56,915 bases of DNA from an uncultured Burkholderiales bacterium. GTDB lineage: Bacteria; Pseudomonadota; Gammaproteobacteria; Burkholderiales; Eutrophovitaceae. Within the stretch, counting starts at the first letter, position 1, and each line of letters opens with the position of its first letter. The notes beneath the pieces are model-generated. The model worked only from the letters and a program-made list of their open reading frames with translations, did not search any database and was not told the DNA's origin. The position numbers and the translations under genes are program-made. The stretch lies in NCBI GenBank assembly GCA_965661885.1, contig CBFIFN010000001.1, positions 1 to 56,915 on the forward strand. The letters are read 5' to 3'. This document shows positions 46,473 through 56,915 of this stretch, piece by piece.

Positions 46473-47569
46473 AAGATTTTATTCAGCGCTTTTGGACTAA
46501 GCTTTCTGCTGATAAAAGAGCCCTATCTTTAGCATATGTTCTGCTTTTCGTGGCGCTTGCGTTTCTACCATTTCTCCTCAGCCTCACTGTAGGCCGAATG
46601 TGGGTCCGCATTCTGGATTTTGCACTCATTTACGCAATGCTTGCATTGGGGCTCAACATAGTGGTCGGGTTCGCTGGGCTACTCGATTTGGGATACATTG
46701 CGTTCTATGCAGTTGGCGCTTACACATGGGCACTTTTGGCGTCACCTCAGTTTGGGTTACATCTTCCTTTTTGGGTCATTTTACCGATCGGAGCTGCAGT
46801 CGCCGCCCTTTTTGGATTATTACTGGGTGCCCCAACATTGAGACTGAGAGGTGATTATTTAGCTATTGTTACGCTTGGCTTTGGAGAAATTATTCGTATT
46901 TTTTTGAATAATTTAGATCATCCAGTAAATATCACGAATGGCCCGATCGGTATAAATAAAATTGACGCCATCAGTATCGGCGGGGCGGATTTTACCAGAG
47001 CACATGAGATTTTTGGTATCACCTTCTCTGGTGTTCATATCTACTATTACGTTTTATTAGTCTTGTTGTTTTTGACGGTTGTAGTGTGTGTGCGGCTTGA
47101 GCGGTCGAGAATTGGAAGAGCCTGGTTGGCGATTAGAGAGGATGAGCTAGCTGCACAGGCGATGGGAATCAATACACGAAATATTAAATTATTGGCATTC
47201 GCGTTGGGGGCTTCTTTCGGCGGAGTGGCTGGCGGGTTGTTTGCTAGTCTTCAGGGTTTTGTGAGTCCTGAGAGTTTCGGTTTGCTTGAATCCATTATGG
47301 TTTTGTGTATGGTTGTACTCGGTGGTATGGGGCACGTATACGGTGTTCTTTTGGGTGCACTTTTGCTCACGACTCTTCCAGAGGTCTTGAGGTCTACAGC
47401 ATCGCCAATCCAGCGTGCATTATTTGGTGACGTCTATGTGGACCCTGAGGCGCTTCGAATGTTGTTATTCGGATCAGCCCTCATATTGGTAATGCTAGTG
47501 AGACCGACAGGTCTATGGCCATCACCCAAACGTCAAGAAACATCAGAGACAAGCGCTATAAAGGATTAG
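46469..47569 (+). CDS. livM: Branched-chain amino acid ABC transporter permease LivM
   Basis: 'LGLNIVVGFAGLLDLGYIAFYAVGAY' and 'LRGDYLAIVTLGFGEI'. The ATGA overlaps livH. Confidence 0.9.
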   Translation: MKDFIQRFWTKLSADKRALSLAYVLLFVALAFLPFLLSLTVGRMWVRILDFALIYAMLALGLNIVVGFAGLLDLGYIAFYAVGAYTWALLASPQFGLHLPFWVILPIGAAVAALFGLLLGAPTLRLRGDYLAIVTLGFGEIIRIFLNNLDHPVNITNGPIGINKIDAISIGGADFTRAHEIFGITFSGVHIYYYVLLVLLFLTVVVCVRLERSRIGRAWLAIREDELAAQAMGINTRNIKLLAFALGASFGGVAGGLFASLQGFVSPESFGLLESIMVLCMVVLGGMGHVYGVLLGALLLTTLPEVLRSTASPIQRALFGDVYVDPEALRMLLFGSALILVMLVRPTGLWPSPKRQETSETSAIKD

Positions 47570-47581
47570 TGGTTAGTAGAT

Positions 47582-48346
47582 ATGATCCTAATAGAATTAA
47601 AAGATATCAGTAAAAACTTTGGTGGAGTTAAAGCTTTAACTAACGTCTCATTAACAATTCAAGCCGGAGAAATATACGGCTTGATTGGTCCAAACGGAGC
47701 CGGAAAAACGACACTCTTCAATGTTATCACGGGCGTTTATAAGCCAAGTCACGGGTCAATCCTATTTGATGGTAAATCAATTGTGGGCCTAAAGCCACAT
47801 CAAATTGCATTAGCGGGGATCGCTCGAACTTTTCAGAATATTCGACTATTTCAGAGTATGACAGCGTTGGAAAACGTCATGGTAGGGATGCACGCTAGGA
47901 CTTCAACCGGGGCTCTGGGGGCGATATTCAATACCGGTTTCTCACGTAATGAGGAGTGTAGCGTACGCAAAAAATCTATGACTTTGCTAGATTATGTTGG
48001 AATTTCTACTGAAGCCGATAATCTAGCGAGCAATTTGTCTTACGGGGATCAGCGTCGGTTAGAGATCGCCCGAGCGCTGGCGACACAACCCAAGCTACTG
48101 GCCTTAGATGAGCCTGCTGCCGGCATGAATGCAACCGAAACTGCGGGCTTGAAGTTATTAATCCAGAGAATTCAGGCTGACGGGATTTCAATATTATTGA
48201 TTGAACATGACGTAAAGCTAATTATGAGCCTTTGCGACCGAGTTGCCGTCCTCGATTACGGGCAAAAAATTGCTGAAGATGTTGCTGATACTGTACGTAA
48301 CGACCCCAGGGTTGTGAAAGCGTACCTGGGGGGCGACTTACCATGA
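47582..48346 (+). CDS. livG: Branched-chain amino acid ABC transporter ATP-binding protein LivG
   Basis: Walker A 'GPNGAGKTT', signature 'LSYGDQRRLEIARAL' and Walker B 'LLALDEPAAG'. Confidence 0.9.
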   Translation: MILIELKDISKNFGGVKALTNVSLTIQAGEIYGLIGPNGAGKTTLFNVITGVYKPSHGSILFDGKSIVGLKPHQIALAGIARTFQNIRLFQSMTALENVMVGMHARTSTGALGAIFNTGFSRNEECSVRKKSMTLLDYVGISTEADNLASNLSYGDQRRLEIARALATQPKLLALDEPAAGMNATETAGLKLLIQRIQADGISILLIEHDVKLIMSLCDRVAVLDYGQKIAEDVADTVRNDPRVVKAYLGGDLP

Positions 48347-49050
48347 CTTTTTTGAATGTGCAGTCGCTAGGCGTTAGATATGGGGGTATTAGGGCTGTAA
48401 AGGATATTGATGTCCAGGTTAATGAAGGAGAAACAGTTGCGCTAATTGGAGCCAATGGTGCGGGTAAAACCTCTATGTTGAATGCCATTGCGGGATTACT
48501 TGATCACACCGGTGAAGTGGGTTTTAACGATAGGAAGCTTACCAACCGTCCAGTATTTGAGCGAGTTCAATGTGGTATTTCACTGGTACCAGAGGGTCGC
48601 GGAGTATTTGGTCGTCTTACCGTGGAAGAAAATCTGTTAATGGGGGCTTATTTGGGTAATAGTCGACTTGAGGAAGAGGGCGGCTTAAACCGCGTGTATG
48701 AGTTTTTTCCAAGACTTAAAGAAAGACGGAGTCAGACTGGTGGAACCCTGTCCGGCGGTGAGCAGCAGATGCTGGCAATTGGTCGTGCTCTTATGGCGAG
48801 ACCAAAGTTACTGTTATTAGACGAACCGTCCATGGGGCTAGCGCCCATAATGGTCGAAAAAATATTCGAAGTTATTCGAGGAGTGTCTGAAACCGGGGTT
48901 ACGATTTTATTGGTAGAACAAAATGCTCGACTAGCACTAGAGGCAAGTCAACGAGCTTACGTAATGGAGAGTGGTGTGATTTCGATGGTCGGCGCGTCAC
49001 ACGAATTACTACAAAGCTCAAAAGTCCGTGAAGCTTATTTGGGAGAATAA
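48343..49050 (+). CDS. livF: Branched-chain amino acid ABC transporter ATP-binding protein LivF
   Basis: Walker A 'GANGAGKTS', signature 'LSGGEQQMLAIGRAL' and Walker B 'LLLLDEPSMGL'. Confidence 0.9.
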   Translation: MTFLNVQSLGVRYGGIRAVKDIDVQVNEGETVALIGANGAGKTSMLNAIAGLLDHTGEVGFNDRKLTNRPVFERVQCGISLVPEGRGVFGRLTVEENLLMGAYLGNSRLEEEGGLNRVYEFFPRLKERRSQTGGTLSGGEQQMLAIGRALMARPKLLLLDEPSMGLAPIMVEKIFEVIRGVSETGVTILLVEQNARLALEASQRAYVMESGVISMVGASHELLQSSKVREAYLGE

Positions 49051-49106
49051 AATTAATTAAAATGACTGCCAGGTCCGACAGGCCATTGGAACAAATACAG
49101 TTTTAA

Positions 49107-50015
49107 TTAAACCCAATCTTTACCGATCAAATATTTTTTGTACAGCTTAGCTTCCTCTGTTCCGCTTTCAGGTTGCCAGTTATAACGCCACTTCACATTT
49201 GGAGGCATGGACATGAGGATAGATTCGGTTCTGCCGCCTGACTGCAGCCCGAAGAGAGTTCCGCGATCGAACACTAAATTAAATTCTACGTACCGACCTC
49301 GCCGATATGCCTGGAAATCTCTTTGTTGTTCGTTAAAGGGCATTAATTGACGTTTTTTAAAAATCGGAACATAAGCAAGTAAAAAACTCTCTCCCACACT
49401 GCGTGTTAGCTCAAAGCAGGTTTCGAAGTTTGGTAACGAGAGGTCATCAAAGAAAATACCACCAACTCCTCTCGGTTCTTGGCGATGCCTAAGATAAAAA
49501 TATTCGTCACACCATTTTTTAAATTTTGGATGCAGTTCTTGGCCAAATGGGTCTAACGTCGTTTTACAGACGCCATGAAAATGTTCGCAATCTTCATCAA
49601 ACCCGTAATAAGGTGTCAAATCCATCCCGCCGCCAAACCACCATACTGGTGCCGCTGATTTTTTAGAAGCGAAAAAGAAACGAACATTCATATGGACAGT
49701 AGGAATAAAGGGGTTTTTGGGGTGCAGTACCACCGATACACCCATGGCTTCAAAAGAGCGACCTATTAATTCCGGTCGCGCACCTGTCGCTGAGGGCGGG
49801 AGTTTGTCACCAAATACATGTGAAAAATTTACACCTGCACGCTCAAAGAAGTTTCCATTTTCTAGAACTTGACTAGTTCCACCGCCGCCTGCCTCGCGAT
49901 CCCAGCTGTCTACACTAAAGGATTGGCCATCAATTTCTTCAAGTTTTGAAACAATTTGAAATTGGAGAGATTTTAGAAATTTTTTAACTGGTGCAACTTG
50001 TACCACAGTGCTCAC
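49107..50015 (-). CDS. hemF: Oxygen-dependent coproporphyrinogen-III oxidase
   Basis: '[11 protein letters not shown]', '[17 protein letters not shown]', '[12 protein letters not shown]' and 'RGRYVEFNL'. Confidence 0.9.
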   Translation of the reverse strand: MSTVVQVAPVKKFLKSLQFQIVSKLEEIDGQSFSVDSWDREAGGGGTSQVLENGNFFERAGVNFSHVFGDKLPPSATGARPELIGRSFEAMGVSVVLHPKNPFIPTVHMNVRFFFASKKSAAPVWWFGGGMDLTPYYGFDEDCEHFHGVCKTTLDPFGQELHPKFKKWCDEYFYLRHRQEPRGVGGIFFDDLSLPNFETCFELTRSVGESFLLAYVPIFKKRQLMPFNEQQRDFQAYRRGRYVEFNLVFDRGTLFGLQSGGRTESILMSMPPNVKWRYNWQPESGTEEAKLYKKYLIGKDWV

Positions 50016-51280
50016 CTTTTAATAGCTCGGTTGCCGATATCGGTTCGAAACTGTTTACCAGAAAAAGTAACATTCTCTCCAGCTTTTAACGCTATGTCAC
50101 GGGCCTGGCTGACGGTTTCTCCCATAGCAGTAACGCATAACACTCGACCGCCGCTAGTCACAATTTTTTCACCGCTTTTCGACGTTCCGGCATGAAATAT
50201 TTTCACATCCTCATAATCAATATCTTTTATCGTTATAACGTCGCCCTTGCGTGGTGCTTGAGGGTAGTCTTTCGCGGCTAATACGATGCCTAATGCTGTT
50301 CTTTGATCCCATTCTGACTTGATCTTATCTAATGTGCCCGACAATGCATGATCAACCAAGGTTAGGAGATCACTTTTCAGGCGCATCATAATGGGCTGAG
50401 TTTCAGGGTCGCCGAGCCTACAATTAAATTCAAGAACTTTTATCGCACCGTCTGGCGCGATCATTAATCCTGCATATAAAAACCCAATAAATGGTGTTCC
50501 GGCTGCTTTCATGCCTTCCACAACTGGTTCAATGACTTCTTTCATTACTTGTGAATGTATCGCCGGCGTTACAATCGGCGCGGGCGAATAAGCGCCCATG
50601 CCTCCGGTGTTGGGCCCAAGGTCATTATTTAGCAGTCGTTTGTGATCTTGACTTGTGGCCAACGGTAATATGTTCTCGCCGTCAATCATGACGATAAAGC
50701 TAGCTTCCTCACCGGCTAAAAACTCTTCTATGACCACTTTTGCGCCGGCAATACCCATGCCGTTGTCAATAAGCATCATATCCACGGCATCGTGCGCTTC
50801 ACACTCCGTCATAGCGACAATTACGCCTTTCCCTGCAGCTAACCCATCGGCCTTAACGACAATCGGAGCGCCTTTTTTCGAGATGTACATATGCGCACTT
50901 TCAGGGTCAGTAAAAGTGCGATACTCCCCGGACGGAATATTGTGATTGGCCATAAATTGCTTAGCGAAATCCTTGGAACTCTCTAACTGTGCTGCCGCTG
51001 CCACGGGTCCAAAAATTTTGAGTCCCTTCTCTATGAAGGCGTCAACGATCCCCTCACTCAGGGGGGCCTCTGGACCTACCACAGTCGTCTGGATTTCTTT
51101 TTTAATTGCAAAGGCTACTAACTCTTTAATACTAGTCAGTGGTATGTTTTCTATTTTTTTTTCTAAGTGCGTACCAGCATTACCTGGTGCCACATATATT
51201 TTTGTGACTTTATTGGATTGAGAAAGGCGCCACGCGATCGCATGCTCTCTTCCACCACCTCCGACTACGAGAATATTCAT
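50012..51280 (-). CDS. purD: Phosphoribosylamine-glycine ligase (start trimmed to ATG 51280)
   Basis: '[17 protein letters not shown]' matches E. coli 'MKVLVIGNGGREHALAW'. '[10 protein letters not shown]' is also present. Confidence 0.95.
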   Translation of the reverse strand: MNILVVGGGGREHAIAWRLSQSNKVTKIYVAPGNAGTHLEKKIENIPLTSIKELVAFAIKKEIQTTVVGPEAPLSEGIVDAFIEKGLKIFGPVAAAAQLESSKDFAKQFMANHNIPSGEYRTFTDPESAHMYISKKGAPIVVKADGLAAGKGVIVAMTECEAHDAVDMMLIDNGMGIAGAKVVIEEFLAGEEASFIVMIDGENILPLATSQDHKRLLNNDLGPNTGGMGAYSPAPIVTPAIHSQVMKEVIEPVVEGMKAAGTPFIGFLYAGLMIAPDGAIKVLEFNCRLGDPETQPIMMRLKSDLLTLVDHALSGTLDKIKSEWDQRTALGIVLAAKDYPQAPRKGDVITIKDIDYEDVKIFHAGTSKSGEKIVTSGGRVLCVTAMGETVSQARDIALKAGENVTFSGKQFRTDIGNRAIKR

Positions 51281-51343
51281 GTGGATATGTACCAAGTTAT
51301 TCGAGAAAATAGGTATGAGGACACGTTACTTATCTGATGATCT

Positions 51344-52924
51344 TCAATGACGGAAGTGTCGTGTGCCGGTAGTTACCATAGCTAGACCGTGTTCGTTAGC
51401 GGCTGCTATTACTTCATCATCCTTCACGCTTCCCCCCGGTTGGATAACAGCCGTTGCACCGGCTTCCTTGAGTACATCAAGACCGTCCCTAAATGGAAAA
51501 AAAGCATCAGATGCCACAACAGAATTTGAGAGGCTTAGTCCTGCATTCTTCGCTTTGATGACTGCGATGCGAGCTGAATCAACGCGACTCATTTGCCCAG
51601 CACCAACACCTAGGGTCATGCCTTGGCCACAAAAAACTATTGCATTAGACTTCACAAATTTTGCTACCCGCCAAGCAAACATTAGGTCTTCCATTTGTGT
51701 TTTAGATGGCTTTATTTCGGTAACCGTTTTTAATTCTTGCTCAGACACATGTTTCGAATCAGCACTTTGTACCAAAATACCACCACCAACTCGTTTATAG
51801 TCATGAGCGTTTGCGTTGATTTCGAATTCGATTTGAAGTAAACGAACATTCTTTTTTTGTGCAAAATAAGCTTTTGCCTTGTCAGAAAATTGGGGTGCGA
51901 TTACCACCTCAACAAACCGTTGACTGATTGCCTTAGCAGCTTGTTCATCAACAATGCAGTTACAAGCGATGATGCCGCCGAATGCCGAAGTCGGATCTGT
52001 TTTGAACGCCTTTTCATAAGCTTTGAGCGCATTTTCTCCAAGTGCCACGCCGCATGGATTAGCGTGCTTCACAATTACGCACGCTGGTGTTACGAAGCTT
52101 TTTACGCACTCCCAGGCAGCATCAGAGTCGGCTATGTTATTGAAAGATAATGCCTTGCCTTGGATTTGCTCATACTTGGCTAGAGAGCCGGTTTGGGCTT
52201 GGAGGTCTTGGTAGAATGCTGCTTGTTGGTGAGGGTTCTCGCCATAGCGAAGGTTTTGAGTTTTTTGAAAATTTAGATTTATCTGATCGGGGAACTGACT
52301 TTTTTGACCGCTGGCATCGATAGTGGTCAGGTAGTTACTGATATTGGAATCGTAGTTTGCTGTATGTGAAAAGGCTTTTCGGCAGAGTGAGAACCGAGTT
52401 TCACGCGATAATCGTTTGGGGCTGGAGTGCGTTAGCTCCTCAACAATATTTGGGTAGTCGTTAGGGTCAGTAACGATCCCTACATGCTCCCAGTTTTTAG
52501 CAGCTGCGCGTACCATTGTAGGCCCGCCGATATCAATATTTTCAATCGCATCGTCTAGGCTGCAAGTTGGATTAGCTATGGTTGTCGCAAACGGATAGAG
52601 ATTAACGACGACAAGGTCGATAGTGGGAATGTTGTGAACCTTTAGTGCTGAAGTGTGTTCAGCGAGGTTCCGTCGCGCTAAGATGCCTCCATGCACCTTG
52701 GGGTGCAGTGTTTTGACTCGCCCATCTAGCATTTCTGGAAATCCAGTGTACTCACTTATTTCAGTGACGACTATATTTGCATTCTTAAGGGTTTGCGCTG
52801 TTCCGCCGGTTGATAAGATCGTATAACCCATACGTTCGAGTGATTGGGCAAAATCCACGATTCCCGTTTTATCTGAGACGCTTATTAGAACTTGTTTAGT
52901 AGAAGCTATATTGCTTTTTGTCAT
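51344..52924 (-). CDS. purH: Bifunctional AICAR transformylase / IMP cyclohydrolase
   Basis: '[14 protein letters not shown]', 'GGTA', '[15 protein letters not shown]' and a C-terminal 'GTRHFRH'. Confidence 0.95.
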   Translation of the reverse strand: MTKSNIASTKQVLISVSDKTGIVDFAQSLERMGYTILSTGGTAQTLKNANIVVTEISEYTGFPEMLDGRVKTLHPKVHGGILARRNLAEHTSALKVHNIPTIDLVVVNLYPFATTIANPTCSLDDAIENIDIGGPTMVRAAAKNWEHVGIVTDPNDYPNIVEELTHSSPKRLSRETRFSLCRKAFSHTANYDSNISNYLTTIDASGQKSQFPDQINLNFQKTQNLRYGENPHQQAAFYQDLQAQTGSLAKYEQIQGKALSFNNIADSDAAWECVKSFVTPACVIVKHANPCGVALGENALKAYEKAFKTDPTSAFGGIIACNCIVDEQAAKAISQRFVEVVIAPQFSDKAKAYFAQKKNVRLLQIEFEINANAHDYKRVGGGILVQSADSKHVSEQELKTVTEIKPSKTQMEDLMFAWRVAKFVKSNAIVFCGQGMTLGVGAGQMSRVDSARIAVIKAKNAGLSLSNSVVASDAFFPFRDGLDVLKEAGATAVIQPGGSVKDDEVIAAANEHGLAMVTTGTRHFRH

Positions 52925-52942
52925 TTAACTTAGTTTTGTAGG

Positions 52943-53179
52943 TTAGAGAAATTTAAATTTTTTCATTTTCGCTCTGAGTGTATTTCGATTAATACCGAGC
53001 ATATTTGCGGCTTCGCTTTGGTTGCCGTTACATCGTTCAAGGATATCTTCAATTAAAACTTTTTCCACTGATTCCATTACCATATTGTGGATACCGTGGG
53101 CAGTTTCCCCCTCTAAATCGCTAAAGTACGCCTCGACGGCAGACTTTATGGCTTCTGAGATATTAGATTGCTTGCTCAT
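52943..53179 (-). CDS. fis: Fis-family DNA-binding protein (start placed at ATG 53179; the ORF-track TTG 53194 would overlap dusB)
   Basis: C-terminal HTH 'GNQSEAANMLGINRNTLRAKMKKF'. It lies immediately downstream of dusB, as in the enterobacterial dusB-fis operon. Confidence 0.8.
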   Translation of the reverse strand: MSKQSNISEAIKSAVEAYFSDLEGETAHGIHNMVMESVEKVLIEDILERCNGNQSEAANMLGINRNTLRAKMKKFKFL

Positions 53180-53183
53180 GTGC

Positions 53184-54185
53184 TCAAGCGGCAAATGACT
53201 GTGAGTGGTAACCGTATTGAGCTTCAGTACGTCTCATAAACTCGATGACAGCATCAGTCTGCGCTTTGCCGCTCTCAAGTGCGTTAAACTTGCCACGAAA
53301 TAAGCTTGCCCCGGGAAAGCTAGACAAATACCAAGTCACGTGTTTGCGCGCCAAGCGAACGGCGTGTTGCTCACCGTAAAACGTATATAGCGACGCGAGG
53401 TGTTCCAATAAGATATTTTTTGTTTCCGGTATTGTTGGCGAGGGGCGGTGCGTTTGCTTTTCTAGAAAGTATGAAATTTCCTGAAATATCCATGGTTTAC
53501 CTTGAGCGGCACGCCCAATCATTACGGCATCGGCGCCAGTTCTTTGAAGTACGAAAAGGGCCTTCTCTGGTGAATCAATATCACCGTTAGCGATGATTGG
53601 AATATTTACAAACGACTTTACTTCAGCAATCGTTTCATATTCCGCAGACCCATTAAAGAAGTCATTTCTTGTTCTTCCATGAATGGTAAGTGCTTGAACA
53701 CCACTATCTTCAGCAATTTTGGCAATCTTTAAGGCATTTCGTGAGTTACGGTCCCAGCCTGTCCGAATTTTAAGCGTCACTGGCACGTCTACTTGATTGA
53801 CGACTGAATCTAATATCGAGGCTACCAGTGATTCATCTTTGAGTAGCGCTGAGCCTGCAGCCGCCTTGCACACTTTTTTAGCAGGACAGCCCATATTTAT
53901 ATCAATGATTTGAGCACCTAAATCTACGTTCATTTTGGCAGCGTAAGCCAGTTGTTTTGGGTCGGTGCCAGCAATCTGAACAGCTCGGGGCGAGTCCTCA
54001 CCAGCATGGTTCAATCGGAACTTACTTTTTTTAGAGTTCCAGAGCTTAGTGTCTGACGTGACCATTTCAGAGATCGCGAGCGCTGCCCCAAGCTTTCTGC
54101 ATAGGTTTCTAAAAGGTTGGTCTGTTACCCCCGCCATCGGAGCTGCTATCACTGGAGACTTTAATGTATACGGACCGATCTTCAT
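53184..54185 (-). CDS. dusB: tRNA-dihydrouridine synthase B (start trimmed to ATG 54185)
   Basis: 'MKIGPYTLKSPVIAAPMAGVTD' matches E. coli 'MRIGQYQLRNRLIAAPMAGITD'. 'IDINMGCPAKKV' and 'TIHGRTR' are also present. Confidence 0.9.
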   Translation of the reverse strand: MKIGPYTLKSPVIAAPMAGVTDQPFRNLCRKLGAALAISEMVTSDTKLWNSKKSKFRLNHAGEDSPRAVQIAGTDPKQLAYAAKMNVDLGAQIIDINMGCPAKKVCKAAAGSALLKDESLVASILDSVVNQVDVPVTLKIRTGWDRNSRNALKIAKIAEDSGVQALTIHGRTRNDFFNGSAEYETIAEVKSFVNIPIIANGDIDSPEKALFVLQRTGADAVMIGRAAQGKPWIFQEISYFLEKQTHRPSPTIPETKNILLEHLASLYTFYGEQHAVRLARKHVTWYLSSFPGASLFRGKFNALESGKAQTDAVIEFMRRTEAQYGYHSQSFAA

Positions 54186-54246
54186 GATGAACACATTGGA
54201 TTGTAATCCTAGATTTTATAGGATTACAAAACCTTTGAAGTAGAAA

Positions 54247-55416
54247 TTATAGTCTCGGACCGAAAATTAGTTGTCTAATGATTATTTTCTTTGCCAGCGG
54301 TACCAGGTCAAGAGCAATTAGACCTAAACCTCGTCCTCGTTGCATTCCAAGCATCCTACTGGAGAATAAGCGATTTAAACTGGAGCTAAAAACCGCCGTT
54401 TGGAATCGATCCCACCGCCTTTTTCTTCGGAAGTCTCTGACAGTTTCGCTGCGACTTAATTTTTTCTTATCGAGTTGTCCGCATAATTGGGCAAGATCCC
54501 AGGCATCTCTGAACCCTAAATTTAGACCTTGAGCTGCGATCGGGTGCAATGCCTGAGAGGCATTTCCGACGATCACTACCCCCCCGCCTGAAGGTTGCTC
54601 TGCGATCTTTGTGGACAGTGTATAGGAGCGTTTCTCCCGAATTGCAGTAAAGTTCCCACACCGGTCCCCAAAGGCGCGTTGAAGTCGAAAAAGAAAGTTC
54701 TCGTCTGTTTCGTTTAAGAGGGAGTCTACCCTTTCGGAATTGACTGACCATACAAAGCTAAATTCATTACCCCTAGGGAGTAGCGCAATAGGCCCGGTAT
54801 CCGTAAATCTTTCGTACGCAATATTGCTTGGCTTAGCGTCGCTTTTAACAATGCCAACGATCGCTTTGTGCCCATATTCAATAGATTTTTTATATTTGAG
54901 ACCGGCAATATTTAATGATTGTCCACCGTCGGCCATCACCACTAACCGACTACTAATGGTTTTATCGGAACCTTTAGAAGTAAGACTTATACTGGAGTAC
55001 TCCCCTGACTTTTCAATTGATTTTGCTTCGGCATGGAAGAATGTCTCTACATTTTGTTTAATTAATTCCATCCTCAATTGCGGTAGCAAATCTTGAAAAC
55101 GAACTACGAAACCTAGCTCTTTTAAGTTAACATCTGATGCGTTTACGGTGCTTTGCCCGAAGTGTCCTCTATCGGAGATGTGAATCGCACGAATAGGGAA
55201 GCTGACCATTTCGTTTGACCAAGCGTCAAGCCGATTGAGTATTAAGAAGCTATTCCAAGATAAAGCTAGCGTGCGGCCATCGGATATTGCTGTGTGATCT
55301 GCCTGTGCCTCCAGCATTGCTGTTTTTAACCCGCATCTGGTCAGGGCTAGGGAGACAACGCATCCCACGGGCCCGCCCCCAATCACTACAGCATCAAATT
55401 GGTCATTGAAAGTCAC
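54247..55416 (-). CDS. UbiH/UbiF/VisC/COQ6 family FAD-dependent ubiquinone-biosynthesis hydroxylase
   Basis: 'DAVVIGGGPVGC' (GxGxxG), 'ADGGQS' and 'GNASQALHPIAAQGLNLGFRD'. It sits next to pepP, as in the ubiH-pepP synteny. Confidence 0.8.
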   Translation of the reverse strand: MTFNDQFDAVVIGGGPVGCVVSLALTRCGLKTAMLEAQADHTAISDGRTLALSWNSFLILNRLDAWSNEMVSFPIRAIHISDRGHFGQSTVNASDVNLKELGFVVRFQDLLPQLRMELIKQNVETFFHAEAKSIEKSGEYSSISLTSKGSDKTISSRLVVMADGGQSLNIAGLKYKKSIEYGHKAIVGIVKSDAKPSNIAYERFTDTGPIALLPRGNEFSFVWSVNSERVDSLLNETDENFLFRLQRAFGDRCGNFTAIREKRSYTLSTKIAEQPSGGGVVIVGNASQALHPIAAQGLNLGFRDAWDLAQLCGQLDKKKLSRSETVRDFRRKRRWDRFQTAVFSSSLNRLFSSRMLGMQRGRGLGLIALDLVPLAKKIIIRQLIFGPRL

Positions 55417-55420
55417 GGTA

Positions 55421-56719
55421 TTAACCTACCATCAGTGATTCAATCTCGCTGATGGTCTTAGGCGCACCAGAGGTGATAATTTCGCATCCATTGTCTTGTT
55501 TGACAATCGCATCATCCTCGATGCGAACTCCGATGTCCCAGAAATGCTCCGGTACGTCAGGCGCGCTTCGAATGTAACAGCCAGGCTCTATCGTTAAAAC
55601 CATACCGGGTTCAAGTGTTCGCCATTGCCCATCAATTTTATAATTCCCGACGTCATGCACATCCATCCCAAGCCAGTGTCCAGTTCTGTGCATGTAATAT
55701 TTGGTGTAATCCCTTTGCTCGATGACTTTGTCTAGCGAGCCGTGACAAAGTTTGAGGTCAATGAACCCCTGGGCGAGAACTTCAACAGCAGCATCGTGTG
55801 GCGCTTGCCAACTGTTTCCAGCGCATGTCGCATTAATTGCTGCTGTTTGCGCGTCTAATACGAGTTCATAGATGGCCTTTTGTGGACCAGAAAATCTACC
55901 GCTGACTGGAAAAGTTCGAGTAATGTCTGACGCGTAGCCGTTCAACTCACAACCCGCGTCGATGAGCAATAAGTCGTCCTTGTTTAATAAAGAGTTGTTC
56001 TCAGCATAGTGCAAAACACATGCGTTTTTGCCGCCTGCCACAATTGAGGTATATGCTGGAAATTGAGAGCCATTTCTTTTGAAGTGGTATAAAAATTCTG
56101 CCTCGATCTGGTATTCATATTTTCCTGGTGTCGTCTTAGTCATGGCGTTCACATGCGCCTTCGCTGAGATGGCCGCTGCTTTTCGCATGGTCTCGAGTTC
56201 TCTTGGATCTTTGATTAGCCGCATTTCGTCTAATATTTCTCGCGCGTCTACAAGTGATGCCGGCGCTTCGATGCCTTCACGTGCTCGAGAGCGCGTCTGG
56301 TTGAGCCACCCCATCATTTTTGTATCCCATTGGGTGTTAACGCCCAGCGGAGTATAAATCGTGTCTTTGTTTTCAATTAATTGAGGAAGGACGCGGTTAA
56401 TTTCGTCCATAGGGTAAGCATCATCGAATTGAAATAGTTTTTTCGCGTTCTCTGGACCTTGACGAAAACCATCCCAGATCTCTTTTTCTTCATTCTTTGC
56501 TCGGCAAAAAAGAATTGAGCGAGAAGATGTACCGCCTGTAATGACAACAACCGATTCCGGCTCCATAAAACCGGTCAAATAATAGAAATAACTATCGAAT
56601 CGGTAAGGGAAATGAGCATCCCTGTTGCGAACTGCCTCTTTAGCCGTCGGAATAATGGCGATTCCGGATGCCATAGCTTCTGCAAATATTAGGCGCCTAT
56701 TAACAAAATCAGTTGTCAT
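55421..56719 (-). CDS. pepP: Xaa-Pro aminopeptidase (aminopeptidase P)
   Basis: N-terminal AMP_N motifs 'RNRDAHFPYRFDSYFYYLTGF', and the metal ligands 'DAGCELNGYASDITRT', 'HRTGHWLGMDVHD' and 'TIEPG...IRIED'. Confidence 0.9.
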   Translation of the reverse strand: MTTDFVNRRLIFAEAMASGIAIIPTAKEAVRNRDAHFPYRFDSYFYYLTGFMEPESVVVITGGTSSRSILFCRAKNEEKEIWDGFRQGPENAKKLFQFDDAYPMDEINRVLPQLIENKDTIYTPLGVNTQWDTKMMGWLNQTRSRAREGIEAPASLVDAREILDEMRLIKDPRELETMRKAAAISAKAHVNAMTKTTPGKYEYQIEAEFLYHFKRNGSQFPAYTSIVAGGKNACVLHYAENNSLLNKDDLLLIDAGCELNGYASDITRTFPVSGRFSGPQKAIYELVLDAQTAAINATCAGNSWQAPHDAAVEVLAQGFIDLKLCHGSLDKVIEQRDYTKYYMHRTGHWLGMDVHDVGNYKIDGQWRTLEPGMVLTIEPGCYIRSAPDVPEHFWDIGVRIEDDAIVKQDNGCEIITSGAPKTISEIESLMVG

Positions 56720-56731
56720 ATTTTATTACCG

Positions 56732-56915
56732 TTATGTTTTCAATTGATTAAAAAGTTGTCGTTCTATTAGATCAGCCAATGTATCGCGATCAGCGTCCCC
56801 GCTTTGGCGGAGCGCAGTGATTAACACATTGATGTCGGACTGTTGTTTGTTTTGAGACAGTTTAAACTTCGCTTTCATATCTATAATCTCCGCTCTAAAA
56901 CCGACAACCTCTTTC
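56732..56915 (-). CDS. Open frame running out of the window (...KEVVGFRAEIIDMKAKFKLSQNKQQSDINVLITALRQSGDADRDTLADLIERQLFNQLKT*). It is either the C-terminus of a longer protein or a 48-aa ORF from ATG 56878. Function unknown.
   Basis: My own translation of the reverse strand shows no stop between the window edge and TAA at 56732-56734. An internal ATG at 56878 has a GGAGA Shine-Dalgarno 8 nt upstream. This ORF is not in the ORF track. Confidence 0.3.
   Translation of the reverse strand, partial: KEVVGFRAEIIDMKAKFKLSQNKQQSDINVLITALRQSGDADRDTLADLIERQLFNQLKT

Noticed and set aside
49051-49106. An AT-rich imperfect inverted repeat (ttaattaaaa...ttttaattaa) between the convergent livF and hemF genes, considered as a bidirectional terminator.
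   Set aside because: The stem is almost purely A/T with an internal bulge and a long, poorly paired loop. It is too weak to call from sequence alone.
1-56915. A scan for tRNA/rRNA genes, CRISPR repeats, IS elements, transposases, phage integrases, toxin-antitoxin pairs and defence-system genes.
   Set aside because: I found none. There are no T-loop-like GGTTCGAATCC motifs in the spacers and no spaced direct repeats. The only recombinase is the housekeeping xerC, in its usual dapF-DUF484-xerC context.

Overview
This is a gene-dense, visibly AT-rich chromosomal segment with about 57 forward- or reverse-strand CDSs. Intergenic spacers are very short and many stop/start codons overlap. Gene content and order (purK-purC; hslVU; xerC-DUF484-dapF; two LpxL-type acyltransferases; metK-SAH riboswitch-ahcY; mpl-yqiA-RNB-tonB-like-aroE-mtgA-lgt; recG-ubiA; livKHMGF; hemF-purD-purH-fis-dusB-ubiH-pepP), together with an HslV carrying an 'HGTT' propeptide, suggest a streamlined betaproteobacterium. 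That assignment is inference only. I found no rRNA, tRNA, CRISPR array, IS or transposase, or integrase other than xerC.

Most of the window is housekeeping. Four parts deserve attention:
- 4004-8047: a complete nickel-pincer-nucleotide (NPN) cofactor module (larC, larE, larB) behind a divergent LarA-like enzyme of unknown substrate. Its LarE is the three-cysteine type.
- 34153-38125: a coxM/S/L-like molybdenum hydroxylase operon that lacks the CO-dehydrogenase active-site motif. It ends in a MoaD/ThiS-like protein with a non-canonical Ala-Gly C-terminus and is preceded by a perfect 18-bp palindrome.
- 30836-34139: a truncated methionine-salvage module, mtnP-apt-mtnA-SDR, with no mtnB/C/D or aldolase in the window.
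- 17232-17334: an SAH riboswitch whose terminator sits between metK and ahcY.

Several ORF-track starts are alternative-codon extensions. I trimmed them by comparison with known N-termini. All homology calls come from reading the translated sequences by eye, with no database search.
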